A DNA stretch of 64,000 bases, from positions 1,091 to 65,090 of the IMG/VR virus record IMGVR_UViG_3300032329_000245, one strand, 5' to 3'. The notes under the pieces are model-generated. The model saw nothing but the letters and a program-made list of their open reading frames with translations, made no database searches and had not been told where the DNA came from. The translations under genes and the position numbers were made by a program. Numbering within the stretch: the stretch's first letter is position 1; every line of letters starts with the position of its first letter. The DNA comes from a virus. Taxonomy: Duplodnaviria; Caudoviricetes. Shown one piece after another: positions 17,444 to 25,275 of this stretch.

Positions 17444-18605
17444 ACACGCTTACCCCACAGTCGGCAGTAATACCCTTAGATGTAATACCCCAAAAGACAG
17501 GGTGTCGCCAGTTTCCCCAAGACCCTACATAACCATCGGTTAGAACGATTACACATTCTGGGTTCATCTTGTGTTTCTCAAGATATTTAGGAATAGATGT
17601 AGGGTCAGTACCCCCACCCCCTGCAGGTTTAGTGCTAGACATCAAGGCTTCATACTCGTCTCGGTCATACTTCTCATGCTGACATACTTCAGTATCCCAA
17701 TACAATAAGTCCACTCCTTCAGGTTGCACATGATTACAGATAGACATCAACTCACCTAAGAACTGCCCAATCTCTTCTTGTCCGATCGAACCTGATGTAT
17801 CAATAGCGATACAGATTCTACCAACTGCTTCACCGATAAGACTAGGCATATAGACATCTTGACTTACCCACCTACGGTTTGGTCTACGCCATGTAGAATT
17901 ATCTTTATCTGCACAGATACTATTAACAAAGTCTCGCAATACTTCTCGCCAATCAACTCTAGACTCCATCGCTTCGGCTACCTCACGAGGTACATTACCT
18001 GACAACTTACCTGCAAGAATCGCACCTTGTCTTAACGCTTGGTCAATATCTCTAGCAAGTCCTTGCTTTTCTTCCTCTGACATTTCATCGGCACTCTCCC
18101 AATCATGCTCGTCAAAGCCCTCGCTGATTTCACCTTGCCCCTTGTTACCACCACCATTCTTTCCATATTTCTTCTCCAATAGTCTGTATACTGCACCTGA
18201 GTCCAAGCCACGATATTTCTCATCAAAGCACCCACCACTAGGCAATGCTACCTCTGTACCTTGTGGGTCTGAATCGTGAATCATTAAGTTAATCACATAG
18301 TCACACGCTACATTTGCATAGGTTGGATTCTCTTTGTAAAGATGTTTCCAAGTAGTAGTATGTCTAAATGCTTTGTGTAAGTTCTCATGTAAGATAAGCC
18401 CTTTGAGTTCTTGGTCTGTCAACTTAGATATAAACTCTCTACCATAGAAAATGTCTCGACCATTCGTACAAGCCGTTGGTGTTTTATCACATACCTCTAC
18501 CTTACCTAGCATAAAGATACCTGAATACAAACAATACTTGGGATTGTTCATCAATGCTACATGAGCCTTCTGAACTCGTTGTTCTTGTGTTAATTTACTT
18601 GCCAT
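17430..18605 (-). CDS. Metallopeptidase-like (HEXXH) plus vWA domain protein (DUF2201-type)
   Basis: TACTNG, LHENLH (HEXXH), NVACDYVIN; MIDAS IDTSGS, GGGTD, LTDGY. Confidence 0.85.
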   Translation of the reverse strand: MASKLTQEQRVQKAHVALMNNPKYCLYSGIFMLGKVEVCDKTPTACTNGRDIFYGREFISKLTDQELKGLILHENLHKAFRHTTTWKHLYKENPTYANVACDYVINLMIHDSDPQGTEVALPSGGCFDEKYRGLDSGAVYRLLEKKYGKNGGGNKGQGEISEGFDEHDWESADEMSEEEKQGLARDIDQALRQGAILAGKLSGNVPREVAEAMESRVDWREVLRDFVNSICADKDNSTWRRPNRRWVSQDVYMPSLIGEAVGRICIAIDTSGSIGQEEIGQFLGELMSICNHVQPEGVDLLYWDTEVCQHEKYDRDEYEALMSSTKPAGGGGTDPTSIPKYLEKHKMNPECVIVLTDGYVGSWGNWRHPVFWGITSKGITADCGVSVYVGD

Positions 18606-18843
18606 GCTCTTCTCCTTTTAAAATTGAAATACTGTCTGACAGTATTGGGTATAACTCTTTGGGTAGTAGGGTTAGTTGATGTCTTCTATATGGGTTTTCC
18701 TCGGATACTCCATACCACTTTTGAGAATCATATTTACCATTAACTATACCCCCCTGAATAAGCCGTATACGAGCAACCGTATTATTACTAGTCAGTACCC
18801 AATCCCCTACATTTAAAACAACCACTGATTCTCGGTCGCCCAT
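18595..18843 (-). CDS. Small SH3/KOW-like protein (paralog of 15937..16200)
   Basis: GDWV...LTLLP...ILSDSI. Confidence 0.55.
   Translation of the reverse strand: MGDRESVVVLNVGDWVLTSNNTVARIRLIQGGIVNGKYDSQKWYGVSEENPYRRHQLTLLPKELYPILSDSISILKGEEHGK
18630..18644. promoter_or_regulatory. Palindrome TACTGTC-T-GACAGTA (copy 5)
   Basis: Exact; intragenic, 24 bp before the vWA start. Confidence 0.85.
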
Positions 18844-19916
18844 TTGACAAACTCCTTGTTAGATACTGCCATCGCTTGCTTACTTGATGACTTGACTAGA
18901 CTACGAGCAAACAACGCTTGCAACTCTTTATCTAATCTCTCTGCATACTTGAGCCACTTGGGTAATGTCTCCTTGTCCACCTTAGTAATAGCCGAGAACA
19001 CTAGAATACATTTAGCAACTGCATCATCAGGTAACTTGGCTTTCTCAGGTGTACGGATAATATCTTCCCATGTAGGTAACTTGTCCACCACCGTAAAGAA
19101 CGCTTGCATATCACGAGCCGCACTCTCACCGATAGTACCTGCCAATGCACTGATAGTCACACCCTCACCCAATAACAAACGCTTCTTAGCAATGTGACTT
19201 GCTTTCTCTAGACTACGAGGTGTAACGAAAGCCGTCTGACCTGCCTTAGTAGGATTGAAGATGTATGGATTATCTTTCTGTGACTTGTCTGTGTATGATG
19301 CTAACGAATGATCGAACTGTTTAACCCAAGCAAGAATCTCAGGTGCAATATCATTCTCCAAAGCCCAAGCACCCCATGAGTCTGCATCTACCGAACCATC
19401 TGCGTTAAACCCTGCGTGTGGTTTGCGTACTGTTACAAAGCAAACACGATTACGAGCATGAGCCTCAAGACTGTCACCCACCCCATCTGTTGCTAAGTTT
19501 GTTGTACCAAAGACTATCGAACCTTCAGGCAATCTCATATCACCAATACGCTTTTCTAACATGAGAGTAAGCAATACATTCTTGACTGACTTCATAGCCT
19601 TACCAATCTCATCTAGCATAACGATGACAGGCTTACCTGATTGGAATTTAAATCTAGCGTTAGGTGCGAACCGAGTTACCTTTAAGTCCTCGCTGATTGT
19701 TTCTGTGTATGGTAAAGCAAAGTCACCCAAGTCTAGCAATGTACAATCTATATATGCCAACTCATAACTAGGGAATCTCTTAGCCAATACACCTAGCATA
19801 GATGACTTACCTATGCCCGGCTCACCTTGACCAATTACCGTTACATCAGAACCAACTGTTGCGATTGTGTTTGCAAACTCGTTGAGGGATAAAGAACTAC
19901 CGAACTGAATACTCAT
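18813..19916 (-). CDS. MoxR/dynein-related AAA+ ATPase
   Basis: Walker A GEPGIGKS, Walker B MLDEIG, TTN sensor, ARNR finger, TPRS. Confidence 0.85.
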   Translation of the reverse strand: MSIQFGSSLSLNEFANTIATVGSDVTVIGQGEPGIGKSSMLGVLAKRFPSYELAYIDCTLLDLGDFALPYTETISEDLKVTRFAPNARFKFQSGKPVIVMLDEIGKAMKSVKNVLLTLMLEKRIGDMRLPEGSIVFGTTNLATDGVGDSLEAHARNRVCFVTVRKPHAGFNADGSVDADSWGAWALENDIAPEILAWVKQFDHSLASYTDKSQKDNPYIFNPTKAGQTAFVTPRSLEKASHIAKKRLLLGEGVTISALAGTIGESAARDMQAFFTVVDKLPTWEDIIRTPEKAKLPDDAVAKCILVFSAITKVDKETLPKWLKYAERLDKELQALFARSLVKSSSKQAMAVSNKEFVKWATENQWLF

Positions 19917-19938
19917 ATAATACTCCTTTGTTGTTGTG

Positions 19939-19953
19939 TACTGTCTGACAGTA
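19939..19953. promoter_or_regulatory. Palindrome TACTGTC-T-GACAGTA (copy 6)
   Basis: Exact; lies between a consensus promoter and the AAA+ RBS. Confidence 0.88.
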
Positions 19954-19985
19954 CGATTGATTAAATACTTCTACTTATTAATACT

Positions 19986-20014
19986 ATTATACTACTTATA
20001 TACATCTATGTCAA
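19986..20014 (-). promoter_or_regulatory. Perfect sigma70 promoter
   Basis: TTGACA-17bp-TATAAT. Confidence 0.85.
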
Positions 20015-20019
20015 TGCTA

Positions 20020-20982
20020 TCATCTAACATTACTTCTTGGTTTATCACCAACTACAACTTCTCTTGATGTTGTTATTTCATCTTTGTTTGCTTTATCAAT
20101 GATGTAGTCTATCCTACGAACTACTGACTGATAGTTGTATCTACACTCATAAATATCTTCTGTGTATTTAGTTTCCGTACCATCTCCATATTTACGAGTG
20201 CGTTCTTCGGTTCTTATCTTTTGTCTATCTAAATCCTGTGTACCTGAACAAATCATGCATAACGCATTTAAGAATCTATCAATCTTTTCATCAATATCTT
20301 CATCAGGTCTATTAGTAATGTATTCATAAACCATCTTAGCCGTTGCTTCACTCATCTGATAACCCATGTTGTATCTTGTGACAGAATTAGCACCAACCTC
20401 AAAATACTCGTTACTCCAAGCGTTATCATTGTATTTCTTGTACTTGCCTACAACTTCTTCACGCAACCAACCATCAGCAAGTTTAATCATGTTACGAGCA
20501 TAGTCTCTGAACTCACTAACTGCACTACGAAACTCTTTAGACTTGCTACGATCTTTTACTTTCTGTGTAACTGTATTGGACTCGTTTGTGTAGTAAGAAT
20601 CTGTGGCTTTGTTATACTTGACTACGAATGTTTGACTTGCTTGGATTGGATATACCTTACCGTCTTTCATCTCAACCCATATCTTAGAATATCTTTTATA
20701 ACAATGTACACCCCAAGGGCTATGTATAGAAATAAACTGAGCAGATGATACGCTTTCCCAACTTCCAATGTTTAGGTGTACATCACCGTTTTCAGCATAC
20801 ATAACGCAGTCGGTTTGATACAGATGAGCCCCATACATGATGCCAGTTTCTGTTTCTCTACGAACTACTTGTTCCCAATCTCTGCGTCTATCACCCAATG
20901 GTCTGATGTCATCTACACGACCACGAATAGGTTTAGTGTTTTCATATCTTTCTTTGTATCTGTTGTAATATTCAATGCTCAT
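20020..20982 (-). CDS. Hypothetical early protein
   Basis: 320-aa ORF with SD AAAGGAG. Confidence 0.75.
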   Translation of the reverse strand: MSIEYYNRYKERYENTKPIRGRVDDIRPLGDRRRDWEQVVRRETETGIMYGAHLYQTDCVMYAENGDVHLNIGSWESVSSAQFISIHSPWGVHCYKRYSKIWVEMKDGKVYPIQASQTFVVKYNKATDSYYTNESNTVTQKVKDRSKSKEFRSAVSEFRDYARNMIKLADGWLREEVVGKYKKYNDNAWSNEYFEVGANSVTRYNMGYQMSEATAKMVYEYITNRPDEDIDEKIDRFLNALCMICSGTQDLDRQKIRTEERTRKYGDGTETKYTEDIYECRYNYQSVVRRIDYIIDKANKDEITTSREVVVGDKPRSNVR

Positions 20983-21014
20983 GGTAATACTCCTTTGTTG
21001 TTTAGTTGATTAAA

Positions 21015-21029
21015 TACTGTCTGACAGTA
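21015..21029. promoter_or_regulatory. Palindrome TACTGTC-T-GACAGTA (copy 7)
   Basis: Exact; intergenic, 32 bp before the 20982 start. Confidence 0.88.
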
Positions 21030-21038
21030 TGTTGTTAG

Positions 21039-21467
21039 TTACTCTTTCCAATCTACTTCTCTACCTTCTACTTCTGCCATGCTTTTAAAATCTGATTTAC
21101 TGAATGGTGTTTCGAACGAACTATATGTATAGAAGCCGTCATCAGGTACAAACTCACCACCACTATCATCATTTTGTATATCACCTTCTTCCTCACCTAT
21201 ACGGATAAACCTCCAACCTGACCTATCCTCATAGTGTTCTTCTGCAAACTGCATTAACTGATGGTGTGCATCAACATCTTTGTACCCGTCATACCATTTA
21301 GTGTGGTCTGCATAGAATTCTATCGTTGTATGTCCATCTAGTATTTGACACTCTTGCAATGCGTTGTACAAATTACCACCATGCGTTTTAACCATAGCAA
21401 CAAACTCATCACGAGTTTCCTCACCATCAAAGTTAATAATGTATGCTACTTCGCTTCTATATCCCAT
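21039..21467 (-). CDS. Hypothetical early protein
   Basis: 142 aa, MGYRSEV...RFIRIGEEEGD. Confidence 0.7.
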   Translation of the reverse strand: MGYRSEVAYIINFDGEETRDEFVAMVKTHGGNLYNALQECQILDGHTTIEFYADHTKWYDGYKDVDAHHQLMQFAEEHYEDRSGWRFIRIGEEEGDIQNDDSGGEFVPDDGFYTYSSFETPFSKSDFKSMAEVEGREVDWKE

Positions 21468-21651
21468 TTCGTTTCTCCTTTAACATTCTTAATACATGAC
21501 GATATGCACTCCTATCTTCGTTGTCTAAATCATCTATGCAGTTCTCCATACACGCAAGTGCTTCTTCGATTGTGAAATACCCTTGTGTATATTGGTAGTC
21601 TTTGACTGTTGCTAGTGCTGATTCATCTGTGTGATAAAACGGTGTTCCCAT
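21457..21651 (-). CDS. Small hypothetical early protein
   Basis: 64 aa with SD AGGAG. Confidence 0.55.
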   Translation of the reverse strand: MGTPFYHTDESALATVKDYQYTQGYFTIEEALACMENCIDDLDNEDRSAYRHVLRMLKEKRNGI

Positions 21652-21654
21652 TAT

Positions 21655-21882
21655 TTATTCTCCTTTATAAACAACAAAGCATTGAATAATACGATATGTA
21701 TCCGGTCTATCGCTTTCGTTAGCGTATGCCTGTGCTTCTTCCAATGTGCTGAATGTGTCCTCTGTTACCCAACCTGCATCATCTTCGTCACCCCAATACA
21801 TCTGTGCTTCAAACCACGGTTTGCTTACATTCATCATCTCACTCTCCTTCAAAAGTTTTAATCCATTCAACATGCACCTCAC
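21655..21882 (-). CDS. Small hypothetical early protein (true start probably near 21837)
   Basis: FSTLEEAQAY motif; SD GAAGGAGAG upstream of an internal ATG. Confidence 0.5.
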   Translation of the reverse strand: MRCMLNGLKLLKESEMMNVSKPWFEAQMYWGDEDDAGWVTEDTFSTLEEAQAYANESDRPDTYRIIQCFVVYKGE

Positions 21883-22021
21883 TCGGTGCTACCCATTTTG
21901 CTTCACGCTTCCAATCAGGTTTATCTATTGGATAGTTCACGAGCATTCCCCACTCACCCAAGCGTACCAACTTCATAAACTCAGGCTTGTCAGGCTTACG
22001 GTACAACTTCACTACTCTCAT
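21839..22021 (-). CDS. Small hypothetical early protein (likely start 22021, MRVVKL)
   Basis: SD GGGGTG; palindrome 14 bp upstream. Confidence 0.55.
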   Translation of the reverse strand: MRVVKLYRKPDKPEFMKLVRLGEWGMLVNYPIDKPDWKREAKWVAPSEVHVEWIKTFEGE

Positions 22022-22022
22022 A

Positions 22023-22196
22023 TCACACCCCCAAATACTGTCGGACAGTATCAATAGCAGTTACAGGACACTCGGCACTTACTATCATCTTTCGATCGAC
22101 ACCTGCGACAACATAACTTACCTCATGCAATACACGCTTCTTGGTATCATCTTGCTCGATACACTTGGCTTGGAAATACTCAGGTATTGGATTCAT
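22023..22196 (-). CDS. 57-aa hypothetical protein (not in ORF track)
   Basis: MNPIPEYFQAKC...AIDTVRQYLGV; coupled to the upstream stop; the palindrome is read as TVRQY. Confidence 0.5.
   Translation of the reverse strand: MNPIPEYFQAKCIEQDDTKKRVLHEVSYVVAGVDRKMIVSAECPVTAIDTVRQYLGV
22036..22050. promoter_or_regulatory. Palindrome TACTGTC-G-GACAGTA (copy 8)
   Basis: Exact. Confidence 0.85.
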
Positions 22197-22450
22197 TTAA
22201 GCCCCCTTATGATTAATAGTGCTATACATAGTGCGATTGCGATTAGTGGTATACCCCAACAAATAAACTCAGAGATAAACCTATGTAAGTCAGTCCATTC
22301 ATCATCACCCTCTATCCATGACGCATACAATGGGTCGGTATCTTTAAATGCTTCACTAGAAGTTCTGTGAAACTTGTTGTCATTTACAAAGTCTTTGATG
22401 TCATCACCTTCGTATGGTATTGCTCGTTTAATTAGTTTGTGTTGTTGCAT
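22193..22450 (-). CDS. Small protein with C-terminal TM helix
   Basis: FICWGIPLIAIALCIALLIIRGLK. Confidence 0.55.
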   Translation of the reverse strand: MQQHKLIKRAIPYEGDDIKDFVNDNKFHRTSSEAFKDTDPLYASWIEGDDEWTDLHRFISEFICWGIPLIAIALCIALLIIRGLK

Positions 22451-22718
22451 CTTGCTTCTCCTTCTTTGGTTGTGGTTTAGGTGTTAATAAATAAAAGTAT
22501 GGATTGAACTCTCGTATTGTTTCTATCTTCTCAGCCAATGTAGCACCTGAAAGTAGTCGGCTAAGTGTATTGCGTTTGTAATCATCTGCTATCTTTTGCT
22601 TTAGTTTCTCCTCCTCTTTAAGTTGTTTAGCAAGTAGTTGCTCAGGTGTTAATTCAGGCTTAGGCTTTTTAGTCCGTACCATTGTTGTTACCTTGTCTAG
22701 TGAGTATTTCGATTTCAT
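22428..22718 (-). CDS. Small hypothetical early protein
   Basis: 96 aa, coupled. Confidence 0.55.
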   Translation of the reverse strand: MKSKYSLDKVTTMVRTKKPKPELTPEQLLAKQLKEEEKLKQKIADDYKRNTLSRLLSGATLAEKIETIREFNPYFYLLTPKPQPKKEKQDATTQTN

Positions 22719-22930
22719 GTTGTCCTCTTGGGGTTAAGTTGTTTAAGTGCTTCTAGGTCTGTGATTAGCATGTAGTTGCTTTTATTTATTGGTGCTATTG
22801 TGTATGTCTTTCGCTTTGCCAACTTTTCACCACATGCTAGGCAGGTATTGTATCCTAAGTTTTTACGGCTTTTCAAGTAGTACTCTGTGCAGTCATCGCT
22901 GACCATTGCTGTGCATAAATATTTCATCAT
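22715..22930 (-). CDS. Small Zn-finger-like early protein
   Basis: C-x6-C...CLAC; SD AAAGGAG. Confidence 0.6.
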   Translation of the reverse strand: MMKYLCTAMVSDDCTEYYLKSRKNLGYNTCLACGEKLAKRKTYTIAPINKSNYMLITDLEALKQLNPKRTT

Positions 22931-23138
22931 CTTCTCCTTTGTGTTGGTACTGCATTAAAAAACTTAAGCGAAGAGCCTGACAAATCAAGCCCTCCTATAA
23001 ATCTTCTACGCTAGTTGTGAAATTATTGATACGACCCTCTGCTATTTAGGCAGTTCTTGTCGGAGGTTAGGGGTCTTGGTGTATATGTACTGCGTGGCAT
23101 AAGTGGTTTAGGGCTATCAGGGTTTTGCTCATATCTGA

Positions 23139-23153
23139 TACTGTCAGACAGTA
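23139..23153. promoter_or_regulatory. Palindrome TACTGTC-A-GACAGTA (copy 9)
   Basis: Exact; noncoding. Confidence 0.85.
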
Positions 23154-23521
23154 TTGCTACCTAAAGGGAATATATAAACTCTAAACATCTTCTACAATAC
23201 ATATATACATAGGGATACTACTTAGTTCACATAACTACTTTTGATTTTCGTCATGCATAGTGTTGGATTTTTTGACTCTAACGTGCTTGCTATTTATATT
23301 GATTCTTGATGCTTTCGTGTATATACAATGTATATACTTTACTTACACTTCATCATTGTCGGCTATATCACATGAGCATAACCCATGCTTCAACCATTCT
23401 CACGCTTCTTACTTATAGTGGTCTGTTTCCCACAGTCGTTACCTCTACCATACGAACCTACACCTACCCTATACCTAGTGCGTTATGACTAGGACATTTA
23501 AACAAGTTTTTAAAGAACGAA

Positions 23522-23536
23522 TACTGTCGGACAGTA
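23522..23536. promoter_or_regulatory. Palindrome TACTGTC-G-GACAGTA (copy 10)
   Basis: Exact; ~45 bp downstream of a perfect -10. Confidence 0.85.
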
Positions 23537-23580
23537 TTTGAGTGGCACGACCAATCTCGCTTTACCCACTCTATACATCT

Positions 23581-23609
23581 ATTATAACATTATGTTAGTC
23601 CTGTGTCAA
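23581..23609 (-). promoter_or_regulatory. Perfect sigma70 promoter
   Basis: TTGACA-17bp-TATAAT, bracketed by palindromes 10 and 11. Confidence 0.85.
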
Positions 23610-23652
23610 GCCCTTTGGTTTTGTGAGGCATGATGCATTGGGCTTGGGTTCG

Positions 23653-23667
23653 TACTGTCTGACAGTA
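23653..23667. promoter_or_regulatory. Palindrome TACTGTC-T-GACAGTA (copy 11)
   Basis: Exact; 43 bp upstream of the -35. Confidence 0.85.
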
Positions 23668-23685
23668 TGTGCATCTCTTTCGGCT

Positions 23686-24087
23686 TTATGGGGTTTTCTT
23701 TTCGAGACGCTTTATTACGGACTCAACTGCTTGCAAAATAAAGTCGCCAGTTCCCAACTCAAAGTCATTAGCCCATTTCTTTATTGCATCTAATTTATCG
23801 TCAGGTATGTTTAGGGTTACTTCATTGGGATTGGCTACTATGTTCTCGTTTGATGCATCTTGCTTCTTATATTTACCTGCGTTCAGTCGTTGGGTTGAGA
23901 TTAGGTCTGTACCTCGTTTGCCCCTTGTATATCTTCTATATAGTGTTTCGTATGGAATGTCGTGCATCTTTGCCCATTCGTGCAATGGTTTTCTTTCACC
24001 GTTGATGGTTTCGCATATGTAATGCTTCTCATCTTTCTCACGCTTGCGTTCTTCGAATGTATTATCAATCATACCAATTCCTTTCAT
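23686..24087 (-). CDS. Putative transcription regulator (HTH-like N-part plus RHH-like C-part)
   Basis: INGERKPLHEWAKMHDIPYETLYRRYTRG; VTLNIPDDKLDAIKKWAN..G.GDFILQAV. Confidence 0.6.
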   Translation of the reverse strand: MKGIGMIDNTFEERKREKDEKHYICETINGERKPLHEWAKMHDIPYETLYRRYTRGKRGTDLISTQRLNAGKYKKQDASNENIVANPNEVTLNIPDDKLDAIKKWANDFELGTGDFILQAVESVIKRLEKKTP

Positions 24088-24105
24088 AGTTAAGTTGGTT
24101 TGTTA

Positions 24106-24114
24106 AGTATAGCA
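24106..24114 (-). promoter_or_regulatory. Extended -10 promoter
   Basis: TGC-TATACT on the minus strand; the -35 position is overlapped by palindrome 12. Confidence 0.5.
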
Positions 24115-24122
24115 TGATTAAA

Positions 24123-24137
24123 TACTGTCTGACAGTA
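24123..24137. promoter_or_regulatory. Palindrome TACTGTC-T-GACAGTA (copy 12)
   Basis: Exact; 35 bp before the regulator start. Confidence 0.85.
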
Positions 24138-24173
24138 TTCTTGTTTGGTTGTTTGTTCAGCCGTTCCTGCCGT

Positions 24174-24480
24174 GTTCACTGATAGAAGAACGAGGTTGAA
24201 GCCAGTTTTTACAAGCCTTGCAGGGATAAATGACTAATTTGTTCACTAGTGAACGCCAAATACACGCCCCTAAAAAACTTACTAAGCAGTACTGTCAGAC
24301 AGTATTTTATTTAAGAGTTGTTCTGTTGTTAGTACAGTAAAAAAAGATAGGCTTATATATTATTTTTGAGTGAACTTGTGAACACTATAATGAACATGAA
24401 CCTGAGAGCCTTATGCCTAAAGGGAAATTAAGTTCATTCTTCTGTTCACTGATGAGTGAACACGCTTGGAACGAGTGAAC
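24174..24480. repeat. Cluster of GTTCACT/AGTGAAC heptamers
   Basis: Copies at 24174, 24241, 24248, 24369, 24444, 24455 and 24474, plus near-matches; two pairs form inverted repeats. Confidence 0.7.
24290..24304. promoter_or_regulatory. Palindrome TACTGTC-A-GACAGTA (copy 13)
   Basis: Exact; noncoding. Confidence 0.85.
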
Positions 24481-24621
24481 GAACAAACTCACTTACTTTC
24501 ACCCACTCGCCTACCTGCCAAGAAGTTTTATTTTGTCTCGTGCGTGTCATGCGTTTAAAGGCTTTTGTTAAGTCGGCTTCGCCGACCTAGATGACACCAG
24601 TTCCCTAAAAAATTTTAGGCG

Positions 24622-24672
24622 AAAAAAAAGACCTCATAAAGAGGTCTTGAATGATAAGGGGCTTTCGCCCCT
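24622..24672 (-). terminator. Tandem hairpins / intrinsic terminator after 24676..25170
   Basis: AGGGGC-GAAA-GCCCCT, then AAGACCTC/GAGGTCTT followed by a U-run on the minus strand. Confidence 0.7.
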
Positions 24673-24675
24673 CGT

Positions 24676-25170
24676 TTAGTTCCCTTCGAACTCGTCGATT
24701 GCGTCAATCAGGAAAGCCACTAATTCGGCGTATTGTTCACGCTTGCCCTCTAGTACATCACGCAAACCCTTTGCAAAATCTTCAACACTTGTATCCTTAG
24801 CGATAGTGAGTTTAACTGCAGAATCTTTGCCGTCATCTGATTTAGTAGTGTTCGCACCCTTTTTCTTAGAATCACGATAAGCGTTCATAGAGAAAGCGAC
24901 ACCCTCATTAACGGCACGACGGAAAGCAGTCGCATAATTCTTAATGGTTTGCTCGGCTTTACCATGTGACGCAAGGGTTTCAGTAAAGCGAATCATAACG
25001 GCACAACCTGATTTTACTGTACCGAGTTTTGCACCCTTAAGCAGTTTGTGTAATGCTTGGCAATTAGAATCAATACCTGCCTGTGCCGAACCTACTGCGA
25101 TAATACTCTCGGCTGTTTCGATTGCTAATTGTTCTTGCTTAGTTACTTTGTTGTTTGACTTTGTAGTCAT
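24676..25170 (-). CDS. Stand-alone immediate-early protein of unknown function (likely start 25170, MTTKSN)
   Basis: Has its own promoter, SD AAAGGAG and terminator. Confidence 0.7.
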   Translation of the reverse strand: MTTKSNNKVTKQEQLAIETAESIIAVGSAQAGIDSNCQALHKLLKGAKLGTVKSGCAVMIRFTETLASHGKAEQTIKNYATAFRRAVNEGVAFSMNAYRDSKKKGANTTKSDDGKDSAVKLTIAKDTSVEDFAKGLRDVLEGKREQYAELVAFLIDAIDEFEGN

Positions 25171-25231
25171 GATAAAACTCCTTTGTTTAAGGTATTGTCG
25201 TAGAGCGTTGTTGTCCCGAACCAATAACTAC

Positions 25232-25260
25232 ATTATTACATAGGTTTATGTTAATGTCAA
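25232..25260 (-). promoter_or_regulatory. sigma70 promoter
   Basis: TTGACA-17bp-AATAAT with a TG extension. Confidence 0.7.
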
Positions 25261-25275
25261 GTACCCCTATTAAAA

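Noticed and set aside
24676-25170. Integrase
   Set aside because: Only a short SAM-like helix resemblance; no R-H-R-H-Y catalytic residues and the ORF is too short.
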